Part shown: positions 16,119 through 26,393 of the stretch, in pieces
Layout of the letters: each line of letters starts with the position of its first letter
Numbering within the stretch: position 1 is the first letter of the stretch
Origin: a virus
Taxonomy: Duplodnaviria; Caudoviricetes
IMG/VR virus record: IMGVR_UViG_3300037424_000588
Coordinates: 1-41,990 of that record
Strand: one strand, 5' to 3'
DNA: 41,990 nt
Notes under the pieces: model-generated
Seen by the model: only the letters and a program-made list of their open reading frames with translations
Told to the model about the DNA's origin: nothing
Database searches by the model: none
Made by a program: the position numbers and the translations under genes

Positions 16119-17624
16119 ATGTCAAACGATTTGCCCGGAGCACCCGCCATGAAGACACAACTTCAACGTAACCAAGAGAAGCCGCCCAAGGGCGACGGCC
16201 TGCGTCGGGCGGCGGCCAAGGCTCGCCAGCAAGCGGCCGAGGTAAAGCCGTACAGCTATCCCGTCAAGCCGCCGGAGTTGGCGCCGGGTATCGTGCCGGA
16301 GGGCAGTAAGGCGCCGGTCATGGCCATGGATACCAACCCCTACCAGTTTGCGGCCCAGCAGTTCCCCGGTGGCGGCTTCCCTGGCTTTCCGTACCTTTCG
16401 CAGCTGGCGACTCGGGCGGAATATCGGGCGTTCGCCGCGACCATGTCCACTGAACTTACCCGCGAGTGGCTGGAATTTACCAGCAAGCAGGATGACGACA
16501 GCGACAGTTCTGACAAAATCAAAGCCATCGAGACGGAATTCAAGCGGCTGAACGTGCGTGAGGCCATTCAGCGTGCCGCGGAGCACGATTGTTATTTTGG
16601 CCGCGGTCAGATTTTCTTGGCAATCGACGGAGCTGATCGGAAAACTCCGCTGATCCTCGATCCCCGTACGGTACCGAAAGGCTCCCTGAGCCGCGTCGTT
16701 CCTGTGGAGGCCGTTTGGACCACCCCCAGCGCCTATAACGCCTTGGATCCCGCCGCTCCTGATTTTTACCGCCCGTCCTCGTGGTTCATGCTGGGCGAGG
16801 AGGTGCACGCCTCGCGCCTGATGACGATAGTCACCCGGCCGCTGCCGGATATCCTCAAGCCAGCGTTTAACTTCTCCGGCATGTCCCTCAGCCAGCTGGC
16901 GGAACCCTACGTTGATAATTGGCTGAGGACGCGGCAGAGCGTGGCGGACCTCATCAACAATTTCTCCATTACCGTCCTGGCCACGAGCATGGACCAAGTG
17001 TTGCAGGGGGATGACGACGGGGCGGACGTATTCGCCCGAGCCGAGCTTTTCACAGCCACGCGGAGCAACAAGGGCCTGATGCTCTTGGACAAGGATCGTG
17101 AAGAACTGGTGCAGATCAACACGCCGCTGTCAGGACTGCACGAGTTGCAGGCCCAGAGTCAAGAGCACATGTGCAGCGTGTCGCGCATGCCGGCTATCGT
17201 ATTGACCGGCATTTCCCCCAGCGGCCTGAACTCCAGCAGTGACGGCGAGATTCGCATTTTCTACGATTGGATCGCGGCCCAGCAGGAAGCTCATTGGCGC
17301 GAGCCGCTGGAGGTTATCCTTAAGGCTGTGCAGCTGTCCCTATTCGGGGAGATCGACCCTGATATCAGTTTCACCTTCGTCCCGCTGTACCAGATGACGC
17401 CGTCGGAAGAGGCGGACATACGCGCAAAGGACGGTGCGACGGATTGCGCGTATGTGGCCGCCGGCATCATCGACCCCAGCGAAGTGCGGGACCGCCTGGC
17501 GAAAGACCCGAACAGCGGCTATATGGGATTGGATACGACCGTCGAACTGGTGCCGCCTGTGCAACCTGGAGAGGGAGAGACGGACCCGGGCGGCTTGGAA
17601 GGCGACGATGCCCAGGGAACCTAA
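16119..17624 (+). CDS. Portal protein (DUF1073-type); start uncertain (16119 or 16149)
   Basis: Position after terL; VHASRL, LTGISPSGLNSSSDGEIRIFYD motifs. Confidence 0.88.
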   Translation: MSNDLPGAPAMKTQLQRNQEKPPKGDGLRRAAAKARQQAAEVKPYSYPVKPPELAPGIVPEGSKAPVMAMDTNPYQFAAQQFPGGGFPGFPYLSQLATRAEYRAFAATMSTELTREWLEFTSKQDDDSDSSDKIKAIETEFKRLNVREAIQRAAEHDCYFGRGQIFLAIDGADRKTPLILDPRTVPKGSLSRVVPVEAVWTTPSAYNALDPAAPDFYRPSSWFMLGEEVHASRLMTIVTRPLPDILKPAFNFSGMSLSQLAEPYVDNWLRTRQSVADLINNFSITVLATSMDQVLQGDDDGADVFARAELFTATRSNKGLMLLDKDREELVQINTPLSGLHELQAQSQEHMCSVSRMPAIVLTGISPSGLNSSSDGEIRIFYDWIAAQQEAHWREPLEVILKAVQLSLFGEIDPDISFTFVPLYQMTPSEEADIRAKDGATDCAYVAAGIIDPSEVRDRLAKDPNSGYMGLDTTVELVPPVQPGEGETDPGGLEGDDAQGT

Positions 17625-18402
17625 AACCGCCCGCGCAGTCCATGCGAATCGTGGGATTGAAGCCAAGTACCGGAAGGCCCTGCAGCGCATGATTGCCGAA
17701 ATGCACGGGTCGGTTGAATACTGGTTGACCGCCGCTTATCGCAAGGACCCGCCGCGCATGGCCGCCTTGGTGGGGCAGGCGCAAGACGCTTCCCCTAGCG
17801 CCACGATGAGCCGAGTCCTTGACGACCTGGCGAAACGTTGGATCGCCAAATTCGACGAATGGGCGCCTAAGGTCGCTGAGGCCTACTTGCTCAGCTCATT
17901 TAAGGCCAGCGACTCAGCATTCAGGCAAGCACTCAAGGACGCGGGATGGTCGGTTGAATTCAAAATGACGCCGGCGGTGCGGGACGCCTTCAATGCTTCC
18001 CTTCAGGAAAACGTAGGCCTCATCCGGTCCATTCCTGAGAAATACTTGCAGCAGGTCAAGGGTAGCGTGATGCGGTCCTACGCTGCCGGCCGCGACCTGG
18101 GCGCCATGGTCAAGGAGCTGAAACAGCTGTATCCGGCCGCCAGTCGTCGGGCCGAATTGATCGCCCGCGACCAATCAAATAAGGCCAATGCGGTGGTCAA
18201 CCGCGCCCGGCAAATGGAGTTGGGGATTACCGAAGCCATTTGGATGCATAGCCACGCGGGGAAAAATCCCAGGCCCGACCATGTTGCAGCGAACGGAAAA
18301 AGGTATAAGATAGCGGAGGGCTGCAAAATTTCCGGCAAGTTTGTCCAGCCAGGAGAGGAAATTGATTGCCGCTGTACGAGTCGGCCAGTTCTGCCGATTT
18401 GA
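17608..18402 (+). CDS. Minor head/head morphogenesis protein (SPP1 gp7/Mu gpF family)
   Basis: RAELIARDQ, W.H...RPDH, PGEEIDCRC. Confidence 0.9.
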   Translation: MPREPKTARAVHANRGIEAKYRKALQRMIAEMHGSVEYWLTAAYRKDPPRMAALVGQAQDASPSATMSRVLDDLAKRWIAKFDEWAPKVAEAYLLSSFKASDSAFRQALKDAGWSVEFKMTPAVRDAFNASLQENVGLIRSIPEKYLQQVKGSVMRSYAAGRDLGAMVKELKQLYPAASRRAELIARDQSNKANAVVNRARQMELGITEAIWMHSHAGKNPRPDHVAANGKRYKIAEGCKISGKFVQPGEEIDCRCTSRPVLPI

Positions 18403-18413
18403 AAAGGTGCCGC

Positions 18414-18818
18414 ATGCATATCGAGAACGTAAGGGACGACCGCCCCGACAATTCCGACAAGCTGTTCCTTGTTCCGGAGGACGAAGAGTGGCGCCTCCTG
18501 TGGGCCAACGTGGTTTTGGTCACGTCAGCCGACGCTGGCGATCGTCAGATTCGTTTTTCGGTCCTCGACCCCAGCGGTGACGAAGTCGGCTATATTTCTG
18601 CCGGCACCGTTCAGGCGGCGAGTCTTACCAGAAACTACGGGTTCATGCAGGGAATTTACCGCGAAACGTCGTTTTCCGATGGCATGATTCAGGTTCCGAT
18701 CACCCTCGAATTGCATTTGCCGCCGGGGTCAATCATGCGGTTCTACGACTCCAAGGGGATCGCTCCCGAAGCGGACAATATGACGGTCACTTTCCAAATT
18801 GAGAAATTGGCCGCATAA
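18414..18818 (+). CDS. Hypothetical beta-rich protein within the head module
   Basis: AAGGT RBS; fills the gap between two head genes. Confidence 0.65.
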   Translation: MHIENVRDDRPDNSDKLFLVPEDEEWRLLWANVVLVTSADAGDRQIRFSVLDPSGDEVGYISAGTVQAASLTRNYGFMQGIYRETSFSDGMIQVPITLELHLPPGSIMRFYDSKGIAPEADNMTVTFQIEKLAA

Positions 18819-18826
18819 TCCCGACC

Positions 18827-20077
18827 ATGCCCACTGTACGTCTCGCATTTGACCGCAGCGCCCGCCGGATTGATGCCGACGGGCGGTTGCACGTCGACCG
18901 CTCCCATATCTCAAAAGCCACGGTAAACCCCTATTACGGTCGGGAGATTCCGGCTTACGAGACCTTGGGCCTGGACCCGGATAAGATTTATCGGCTGCTG
19001 CGTGATCCGGTAGAACTGGAGCGCGGCGCGGAAACGTTCGCCCGGTTGCCCATCCTGTCCGAGCACGTCCCGGTTACCGTTGATGCCCCTCGCCCCGATC
19101 TGGTCGTCGGCGCCATCGGATCGGAAATCGCCTTTGTTGCGCCCTACCTCGACGCGGATTTGTGCGTCTGGGATGCCACCAGTATTGCCGGCATCGAAAC
19201 CGACAAGGTGCGGGAATTATCCTGTGCGTATCGTTACGACGCAATCATGGAGCCCGGCGAGTTTGAGGGCCAGCCCTATGACGGCCGCATGACGAACATA
19301 CGGGGCAATCACCTGGCGTTAGTAGAGGTCGGCCGCGCCGGGTCTGATGTAGTTGTGGCCGATCGCAACCCCTTCACAATCAAGGAATCCGCCATGAAAA
19401 TGACCAAACTGGGCAAGGCCCTTTTTGCGGCGTTGTGCGCGGCCTCTCCGGTACTGGCAGCGGATTCCGCGTTGCCGGCGCTGGTGGGTCCGGCCAACCG
19501 CAAGACTTTCAAAAAGGACGAAGTCAAGGCCAAGCTGTTGGCCCTCGACTCCGATCTCGAACCGCAGCAGCTGGACGACGTGATTGATGCCCTGCTCGAC
19601 GTGGAGCAGGATCCGAAGCCGATGGAAACTCCCGCTGCTGCCGCCGACGAATCCCCGGCCGATAAGGTACGGGCAATGCTGGCCGGCAAGGTCGACGACG
19701 CCACCATCGAGCAGATCTGTGCCCTGATGGCGCCCCCGGCCGCCACCGACGAGGACCCCGAAGAGCCCGGCATGAAGAAAGAGGAAGTCGCCGCCGCCAT
19801 GGACGGTCTGCGCAAGGAGCTGCGCGAGGCCGAGGAGGCCCGCCGCGATGTTCGCGCCACCGTGGGCGACGTGATCGGCATGGACTCCGCCGCCGAGGTT
19901 TACGGGTTCGCCCTGGACCACCTGAAGGTTGACCGCGTCGGTGTTGAGGGTGCCCCCGCCCTCCGTGCGCTGTTCAAGGTCGCCACCAAGTCTGTTACTC
20001 CGCAGCCGCGCATCGCTCAGGACGCCGGCGGCCTGGAGAAGCAGTTCCCGGGCGTGGCCCGTATTCGCAACGCATAA
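18827..20077 (+). CDS. Prohead protease/scaffold (DUF2213)
   Basis: ELSCAYRY, NHLALVEVGRAG; acidic helical C-terminal half. Confidence 0.88.
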   Translation: MPTVRLAFDRSARRIDADGRLHVDRSHISKATVNPYYGREIPAYETLGLDPDKIYRLLRDPVELERGAETFARLPILSEHVPVTVDAPRPDLVVGAIGSEIAFVAPYLDADLCVWDATSIAGIETDKVRELSCAYRYDAIMEPGEFEGQPYDGRMTNIRGNHLALVEVGRAGSDVVVADRNPFTIKESAMKMTKLGKALFAALCAASPVLAADSALPALVGPANRKTFKKDEVKAKLLALDSDLEPQQLDDVIDALLDVEQDPKPMETPAAAADESPADKVRAMLAGKVDDATIEQICALMAPPAATDEDPEEPGMKKEEVAAAMDGLRKELREAEEARRDVRATVGDVIGMDSAAEVYGFALDHLKVDRVGVEGAPALRALFKVATKSVTPQPRIAQDAGGLEKQFPGVARIRNA

Positions 20078-20089
20078 GGAGCCAAAACC

Positions 20090-21217
20090 ATGGGCTTTCA
20101 GACTCAAGTAAATTTGACCCCGGCTCCGGCGGTTGCGGGCGACTTCGCGTCGTCCAATCCCCGCGCTTCGGTCCTGGCCGGCCCCGGCGGCCTTGTTGCG
20201 GGGGCGCTGGGCGTCACCGTCGGCAAGTTCGCGTGGGTCGATGATGACGGCCTTACCGTTCAGAGCTTCGGCACCGCCACCAAGGCGCCGTCGGGCTTTG
20301 TGCACCGCGAACAGCAGGCGCTGATCCAGAACTATCTGGCCGAAGCGTCGATGAATATCCCGGTGGGTTTCCCGGTTACCCTGCACAACGAAGGTGACTT
20401 CTGGGCGCGGCTGGAAGGTGCGAATGCCGCAACCATCGGCGCCGCGATCTACGCCGATTACTCGGACGGCAGCGTCCACGCCGTGGCCGCCCCGGCCGGC
20501 GCTTCGGTAACCGGCGCGATGGGTTCGACCAATACCGCCGCCCTGGGCGCCACCTTCACCGCCAGCGCCGATACCGACGCCACGCGGCTGGTGGTCACCA
20601 GCGTCACCGGGCTGATCTCCATCGGCGACGAGGTGAGCGGCACCGGCATTACCGCCGGCACCACCGTCTTGTCGCAGGTCAGCGGCACCACTGGCGGCGC
20701 CGGCACCTACCAGTTGTCCGCAGCCAATACCGCATCTGCCGCCACTGTGACGGCGTTCGGTTCGGTCATGGTCACCAGCGTCACCACCGGTCTGATCAGC
20801 GTCGGCGAGACCGTCAGCGGCGGCGCCGGCTTCCCCGTGGGGGCTACCGTTCTGGCTCAGGTCAGCGGCACCCCCGGCGGCGCGGGCGTTTATACGCTCA
20901 GTGCTGCCGGCTCCGCCTACACCGCCAGCGCAACCGGCGTGACCACCTTCGGCGATGTGCTGAACGTGACTGCGGTGGCGTCCGGTGCACTGGAGGTCGG
21001 CGACCCCGTCAGCGGCACCGGTATTCCGAGCGGCGCCGTCGTGGCCTCCCAAGTCAGCGGCACCGCCGGCGGCGTGGGCGTCTATACGCTGGATCAGTCG
21101 GCCACCGCCTACGCGGCGTCCACCACCGTCACCGCCGTCGGCGGCGTGCTGACCGCCTTCAAGGCTCAGTCGGTCGCCGCAGTTGGCGAACTCGTCAAAA
21201 TTTCCACCTGGGGGTAA
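20090..21217 (+). CDS. Capsid decoration/cement protein with three tandem beta-rich repeats
   Basis: MGFQTQVN..PAVAGDFAS.NP start; located between scaffold and major capsid genes. Confidence 0.75.
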   Translation: MGFQTQVNLTPAPAVAGDFASSNPRASVLAGPGGLVAGALGVTVGKFAWVDDDGLTVQSFGTATKAPSGFVHREQQALIQNYLAEASMNIPVGFPVTLHNEGDFWARLEGANAATIGAAIYADYSDGSVHAVAAPAGASVTGAMGSTNTAALGATFTASADTDATRLVVTSVTGLISIGDEVSGTGITAGTTVLSQVSGTTGGAGTYQLSAANTASAATVTAFGSVMVTSVTTGLISVGETVSGGAGFPVGATVLAQVSGTPGGAGVYTLSAAGSAYTASATGVTTFGDVLNVTAVASGALEVGDPVSGTGIPSGAVVASQVSGTAGGVGVYTLDQSATAYAASTTVTAVGGVLTAFKAQSVAAVGELVKISTWG

Positions 21218-21220
21218 ATC

Positions 21221-22252
21221 ATGGATCCTATTCTGCAAGCACTGGCTGAACGCGCGGGGGTCCATTACATGGGTCAGCCCGCACTCGGCCTCCAGCAGGC
21301 GAACGTGGCGCACAGCATCAACGTCGCCATGGATGCCCAGCCCGCCCTGGTCACCACCAGCAATGCCGGCATCCCGGCGTTCCTGTCCACCTACGTCGAC
21401 CCGAAGCTGATCGAAGTTCTGGTCAGCCCGATGAAGGCAGCGGAGGTCGTTGGTGGTGAACTCAAGAAGGGCGATTGGACCACCCAGACGGCAATGTTCC
21501 CGGTCGTGGAATCCACGGGTGAAACCAGCTCGTACGGCGACTACTCCGAGAACGGCAGCGCCGGCGTCAACTCCAATTTCCCGCAGCGCCAGAGCTATCA
21601 CTATCAGGTGATGACTCAGTGGGGCGAACTGGAATTGGAGCGCGCAGGCCTCGCCAAGATCGACTGGGCCAATCGGGTCAACATCGCGTCCGTTCTGACC
21701 CTGAACAAGTTCCAGAACAAAAGCTACTTCTTCGGCGTCAGTGGCCTGCAGAACTACGGTCTTCTGAACGATCCGAGCCTGTCCGCTGCCATCGTGCCCA
21801 CCACGAAGGCCGCTGGCGGCACTGGCTGGGCGAATGCCACCGCGCTGGAAGTGCTGGCCGACGTTCAGAAGCTGTACAAGCAGGCGCAGAGTCAGGCCGG
21901 CGGCATGCTGGAACTGGACACCAAGATGACCATGGCCATGAGTCCGGCGAGCGAAGTCGCGCTCACCAAGACCACGGAATTCAACGTTAACGTTGCGGAC
22001 ATTCTCAAGAAGAACTTCCCCAACCTGACCGTGAAGACCGCGCCCGAGTACGCGACGGTGTCCGGCGAGCTGGTGCAGTTGATCGTAGATGAGGTGGAAG
22101 GCCAGCGTACGGCCGACACCGCTTTTACCGAGAAACTGCGGGCACATCCCATCGTCGTGAAGTCCTCTTCTTTCAAGCAGAAGAAGAGTCAGGGCACCTG
22201 GGGTTGCATCATCTACCGTCCGGCCTTCGTCACCCAGATGCTGGGTGTGTAA
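21221..22252 (+). CDS. Major capsid protein (DUF2184-type)
   Basis: AMDAQP, KGDW, NYGLLNDP, GCIIYRP; strong codon bias; followed by a terminator. Confidence 0.92.
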   Translation: MDPILQALAERAGVHYMGQPALGLQQANVAHSINVAMDAQPALVTTSNAGIPAFLSTYVDPKLIEVLVSPMKAAEVVGGELKKGDWTTQTAMFPVVESTGETSSYGDYSENGSAGVNSNFPQRQSYHYQVMTQWGELELERAGLAKIDWANRVNIASVLTLNKFQNKSYFFGVSGLQNYGLLNDPSLSAAIVPTTKAAGGTGWANATALEVLADVQKLYKQAQSQAGGMLELDTKMTMAMSPASEVALTKTTEFNVNVADILKKNFPNLTVKTAPEYATVSGELVQLIVDEVEGQRTADTAFTEKLRAHPIVVKSSSFKQKKSQGTWGCIIYRPAFVTQMLGV

Positions 22253-22270
22253 GTCGGCGACAAGCGAGGT

Positions 22271-22298
22271 ACGGGGGCCGCAAAGCCCCCGTGTTTTT
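22271..22298 (+). terminator. Rho-independent terminator after the major capsid gene
   Basis: ACGGGGGC-cgcaaa-GCCCCCGT-GTTTTT. Confidence 0.8.
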
Positions 22299-22323
22299 AA
22301 AAACGAACTGGAGAGTTTAAATT

Positions 22324-22674
22324 ATGGCCGCAAAATCTGTAGTGATCGGATGCAAATTGCCGCACGGCATCGTGCTGGAGCATCCCATGGATCCGAAGGT
22401 TACCGTCGCGATCAATGGCAAAAACAAAGCCGTGATCATCGGCGCCGAGTACGCTACCACCACCGTCGATGGCGATTTCTGGGAACAGTGGTCGGCCGTG
22501 AACAAGGAGTTTCCGGCAGTCAGATCCGGCGCAATTTTCGTCGCCAAAAGTGTTGCCGACGCTGCCGCGATCGCCGACGAATTCAAGGAACGCAAAACCG
22601 GCTTTGAAGCCATGCGTACCGATGGCAAGGACGATCGCGCCGCGGGCGTGAAGTCCGCCGACAACGAGGAATAA
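22324..22674 (+). CDS. Conserved virion-module hypothetical protein
   Basis: GGAG RBS; V.IGCKLPHG motif; position after the major capsid gene. Confidence 0.75.
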   Translation: MAAKSVVIGCKLPHGIVLEHPMDPKVTVAINGKNKAVIIGAEYATTTVDGDFWEQWSAVNKEFPAVRSGAIFVAKSVADAAAIADEFKERKTGFEAMRTDGKDDRAAGVKSADNEE

Positions 22675-22680
22675 GCCAGC

Positions 22681-23079
22681 GTGGCTTCTGTCGTATTCAA
22701 TCCGACGACCTTCAAGGCCCGTTACCCGGAGTTTGCGGGGGTTGCTGACGCAACTCTTTCCGCATTCTTCGACGAAACGGGCCTTTATCTTTCCAATGCC
22801 GACAACTCCCCGGTCCAAAACATCACGCGGCGGGCGCTGCTCCTTAACATGCTGACCGCGCATATCGGCTTCATCAGCGGAGCGTTGTCGGCAGACGGTT
22901 TGCCGCGGCCGGTGGGTCGCATTTCCCAGGCCGGGGAGGGCAGCGTATCGGCCGCGTTCGAAGGGCCACCGCCAGGCTCCGCCCAGTGGTTCCAGCAGTC
23001 GCAGTATGGGGCGTCCTTCTGGCAGGCGACGAGCGGCCTACGTGGCTTCCGCTACATAGCCCAGCCGACACGGTATTGA
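22681..23079 (+). CDS. Head-tail adaptor (DUF4054-type)
   Basis: FKARYPEF, LTAH, GRISQAGEGSVS, QSQYG. Confidence 0.82.
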   Translation: MASVVFNPTTFKARYPEFAGVADATLSAFFDETGLYLSNADNSPVQNITRRALLLNMLTAHIGFISGALSADGLPRPVGRISQAGEGSVSAAFEGPPPGSAQWFQQSQYGASFWQATSGLRGFRYIAQPTRY

Positions 23080-23083
23080 TGCT

Positions 23084-23551
23084 ATGGCCGATCACGTCCT
23101 CCAGGGCGGCGAGGGGTTAATCAAAGCCCTGGAGGATATCGCTCGTAAGATGGGCGGAGGTGAGGTGGCAGTAGGCTTCATGGCGGGCGCCACCTATCCC
23201 GACGGCACGCCGGTTGCGGCCGTCGCCTTTTGGAACGAATACGGCAAGACGGTCGCCAGCGAAAACGGCAATTATTTTCAACTTCCGCGCCCGTTCTTCC
23301 GCCGGATGATCTCCGAGGAATCGCCGGGCTGGGCTGTAAAAATGGCTAAACTCGCGAAGGCCACCGATTACGACGGGCCTCGCGTGCTGGCCCTCATGGG
23401 CGAAGATATCAAAGGGGCATTGCAGAAGAGCATCAATGATTTTCAGTCCCCACCCTTGGCAGAAAGCACAATCGAGGCCAAGGGTTTCGAGAAACCCCTT
23501 ATTGAAACGTCCCATATGTTGAATAGCGTTACCTACAAGGTGTCGGAATAA
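23084..23551 (+). CDS. Neck/tail morphogenesis protein
   Basis: AFWNEYG, PRPFF, PPLAESTI.AKG..KPLIET. Confidence 0.78.
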   Translation: MADHVLQGGEGLIKALEDIARKMGGGEVAVGFMAGATYPDGTPVAAVAFWNEYGKTVASENGNYFQLPRPFFRRMISEESPGWAVKMAKLAKATDYDGPRVLALMGEDIKGALQKSINDFQSPPLAESTIEAKGFEKPLIETSHMLNSVTYKVSE

Positions 23552-23919
23552 TGGACCTGCGTGGCATCGCCAATGGTGTGGCCAGCGCGGTAAATCCGAA
23601 CGTGACCGTTATCGTGTTGCGGTCGACGGGTTACACCATTGGCGCCGGCGCCCGGCAGGTTCCAACCTACGCCGATCCCGTGAGCGGGCCAGGGCAGATA
23701 CAGGCGCTTGACGCCAACGATCTGAAACAGCTTGACGGGCTGAATATTCAGGGTACCTTGCGGGCGATTTATTTGCGCGGCGCCTTGGCCGGCGTCGTGC
23801 GACCGAGCCAAACCGGCGGCGACCTCATTCAACGCGGCTCCGAAACTTGGCTAGTGGTCAAGGTGCTGGAGAGTTGGCCCAGTTGGACCAAGGCAGCTAT
23901 CGTGCTGCAAGAGGCGTAG
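23551..23919 (+). CDS. Head-closure/neck protein
   Basis: Synteny; GGDL....WLVVKVLESW. Confidence 0.7.
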   Translation: MDLRGIANGVASAVNPNVTVIVLRSTGYTIGAGARQVPTYADPVSGPGQIQALDANDLKQLDGLNIQGTLRAIYLRGALAGVVRPSQTGGDLIQRGSETWLVVKVLESWPSWTKAAIVLQEA

Positions 23920-23920
23920 A

Positions 23921-24445
23921 GTGTATACCCCGAGCATTGAGGTCGACACCGTAATTGATGCCCTGAAGGCGTTCGTCACGCCGTTCGTTGCGGGGGCAGA
24001 TATTGTCCGTGCACAGGTGAACATGGTGCCGATGCCCCCCGCCCCGTGTGTGGTGCTCACTGAGCTGATTCAATCCGACTTGTCGATACCGTACGTTGAT
24101 TATCAGCCGCCGGTCGACCCCATACCGGCAGTGGGCACCGCCACCATTACCGGGCCTACCCGAATTGACGTGCAGATTGATTTTTACGGGCTTCCGGCCG
24201 GAAATTTCTGCAAAGCGGTAGCGGCGGCATTTCGGTCACCCTGGGGATTCGATAATTTCCCCGCGAACGTAAAGCCGCTCTATACCTCCGACGGCATGCA
24301 GGCCCCTTTGATAACGGGCGAACAGCAGTACGAAAGTCGTTGGACGCTCACCGCCTCAATGCAATACAATCCGATCGTTACCGTTCCGCAGGAGTTTGCA
24401 GAAGAGGCCATCCCGAACCCGCCGATTCCCGCGGATTACCCTTAA
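23921..24445 (+). CDS. Tail completion/terminator protein
   Basis: Immediately before the sheath gene; VQIDFYG, QYESRW. Confidence 0.72.
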   Translation: MYTPSIEVDTVIDALKAFVTPFVAGADIVRAQVNMVPMPPAPCVVLTELIQSDLSIPYVDYQPPVDPIPAVGTATITGPTRIDVQIDFYGLPAGNFCKAVAAAFRSPWGFDNFPANVKPLYTSDGMQAPLITGEQQYESRWTLTASMQYNPIVTVPQEFAEEAIPNPPIPADYP

Positions 24446-24457
24446 CGAGGTGTACAA

Positions 24458-25936
24458 ATGACTATTCCGGCCAGTGATATTGTTGTCGCAAATCCCGGCG
24501 TCGTAAGTGCTGGCGGGAACCCGCTTGCCCTGAATGGCGTCATTCTCTCGACAAGCGAACTGCTCCAGACGGGCACGGTCCGTTCCTTCGCGAGCCCTGC
24601 TGCGGTAAGTGCGTTTTTCGGCGCCGCGTCCGACGAATACGCGATCTCCCAGGTGTATTTCCTGGGCAACGACAATTCCACGGTCAAGCCCGGCCTGTTG
24701 TACTTCGCCCCCTACGCCGCCACCGCCCGTGCCGCGTGGCTGCAATCCGGCAGCATGGCCGCGGTTACCCTCACGGAACTGCAGGCCCTTTCCGGCGTGC
24801 TGACCGTGACCATCGACGGCGTCGAAAAAACGTCAAGCTCGATCAATCTGGCGACCGCCACCAGCTTCAGCGATGCCGCGAGCATGATCGACGCAGGGTT
24901 CGTTTCCGGCGATGTGGCAGTGACCTGGAACGCAGTAAACAGCACTTTCCTTTTTACCTCGCCGACTATCGGCGCCACCTCGACCATGACTTACGCGACC
25001 GGTACGCTTTCGGCCGGCCTTCTGCTCACCAGCGCGACCGGTGCGCTCCTGTCCCAGGGTATCGCCGCAGATACCCCGGCCACCGCCATGGACATGGTCA
25101 AGGCCGCGACTCAAAATTGGGTCGACTTCATGACCCTGTGGGAGCCGGATATCAATGATAAAAAGGCATTCGCGGTATGGACCAACGCGCAGAACCAGCG
25201 GTACATGTACGCCTGCTGGGACACCGATGCGCAGGCCATCGTCAACGGCTCGACTACCTGTTTCGGGGCGATCGCCAAGGACTTGGCTTACGACGGCGTG
25301 GTCCCTCTGTACAATACCGTAGAGCTGGCGGCGTTCCTGTTGGGTGCCGTCGCCTCGATCGACTTCAGCCGCCTGAACGGGCGCATCACGGCCGCCTTCA
25401 AATCGCAAAGCGGCTTTGTGCCCACGGTGACCGACCAGCAGATCGCCGCCAATCTCCTGGAGAACGGATACAGCTTCTACGGCTCGTATGCGACGGCCAA
25501 TGACCAGTTCAATTTCCTGTACAACGGGCAGATGTCCGGTAAATGGGGATGGGTCGATACATTCGTCGATCAAGTCTATCTGAACTCTCAGTTTCAATTG
25601 GCGCTCATGACCCTGCTCACCGGCGTTCCGTCGATTCCCTACAATGAATCTGGCTACTCGTTGATCCGCGCGGCCATGATTGACCCGATCGATCAGGCGC
25701 TGAACTTCGGCAGCATTCGCACCGGTATCGCCATGTCGGCGTCGCAAAAGGCGCAGGTGAATCAGGCCGCCGGCCTGGACGTATCCACGATCATCGAGCA
25801 GCAGGGCTATTATCTGCAAATCCTCGATCCGGGCGCCCAGGTGCGCGGCAACCGCGGCACGCCGGTCATCAATTTTTGGTTCACCGATGGCGGTGCTGTG
25901 CAGAAAATCACTCTCGCGTCCATCGACATTATGTAA
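24458..25936 (+). CDS. Tail sheath protein (DUF3383)
   Basis: MTIPAS.IV..PGV, PYNESG, DGGAVQKI; size and synteny. Confidence 0.88.
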   Translation: MTIPASDIVVANPGVVSAGGNPLALNGVILSTSELLQTGTVRSFASPAAVSAFFGAASDEYAISQVYFLGNDNSTVKPGLLYFAPYAATARAAWLQSGSMAAVTLTELQALSGVLTVTIDGVEKTSSSINLATATSFSDAASMIDAGFVSGDVAVTWNAVNSTFLFTSPTIGATSTMTYATGTLSAGLLLTSATGALLSQGIAADTPATAMDMVKAATQNWVDFMTLWEPDINDKKAFAVWTNAQNQRYMYACWDTDAQAIVNGSTTCFGAIAKDLAYDGVVPLYNTVELAAFLLGAVASIDFSRLNGRITAAFKSQSGFVPTVTDQQIAANLLENGYSFYGSYATANDQFNFLYNGQMSGKWGWVDTFVDQVYLNSQFQLALMTLLTGVPSIPYNESGYSLIRAAMIDPIDQALNFGSIRTGIAMSASQKAQVNQAAGLDVSTIIEQQGYYLQILDPGAQVRGNRGTPVINFWFTDGGAVQKITLASIDIM

Positions 25937-25948
25937 CCCGGAGGCATC

Positions 25949-26386
25949 ATGGCTGACACAACCATTACCAGCGCAAACAGCGTATTCACGATCGTAGTCG
26001 CGAGCCTGTTCCCGACGCCCGTGCAGCTGCGGGGTTACGCCACCGACAAGGCGTTCACCACGGAGGCGGTCGATCTGGCTGAGGTGCAAATGGGCGTCGA
26101 CGGGCGCATGACGGGTGGCTATACGCCCAACCCGGTCAAGCAGACGATCACCCTCCAGGCCGACAGCCCGAGCAAGGACATTTTCACTACCCTGATCCAG
26201 GCGATGAAGACGGCCCGTGAGGTGTTCTATGTCTCCGGCATCATTTCGTTGCCCTCGACCGGCGAATCGTTCACGTTGACCCGCGGCATTCTGACGAACG
26301 CCAAGCAGATCCCGGATGCGCAGAAAGTGTTGCAGCCGGTCGATTACGTCATTACCTGGGAGTCGGTTAACCGCTCCCTGCTGTAA
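25949..26386 (+). CDS. Tail tube protein
   Basis: MGVDG, TITLQADSPS; follows the sheath gene. Confidence 0.82.
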   Translation: MADTTITSANSVFTIVVASLFPTPVQLRGYATDKAFTTEAVDLAEVQMGVDGRMTGGYTPNPVKQTITLQADSPSKDIFTTLIQAMKTAREVFYVSGIISLPSTGESFTLTRGILTNAKQIPDAQKVLQPVDYVITWESVNRSLL

Positions 26387-26393
26387 CCAGTTT

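Noticed and set aside
16119-17624. Anti-CBASS Acb1 label sometimes attached to DUF1073 proteins
   Set aside because: Position and size fit a portal; no 2H-phosphoesterase HxT motif pair seen
19319-22147. 942-aa minus-strand ORF
   Set aside because: Antisense to three strongly codon-biased structural genes; a typical high-GC shadow frame
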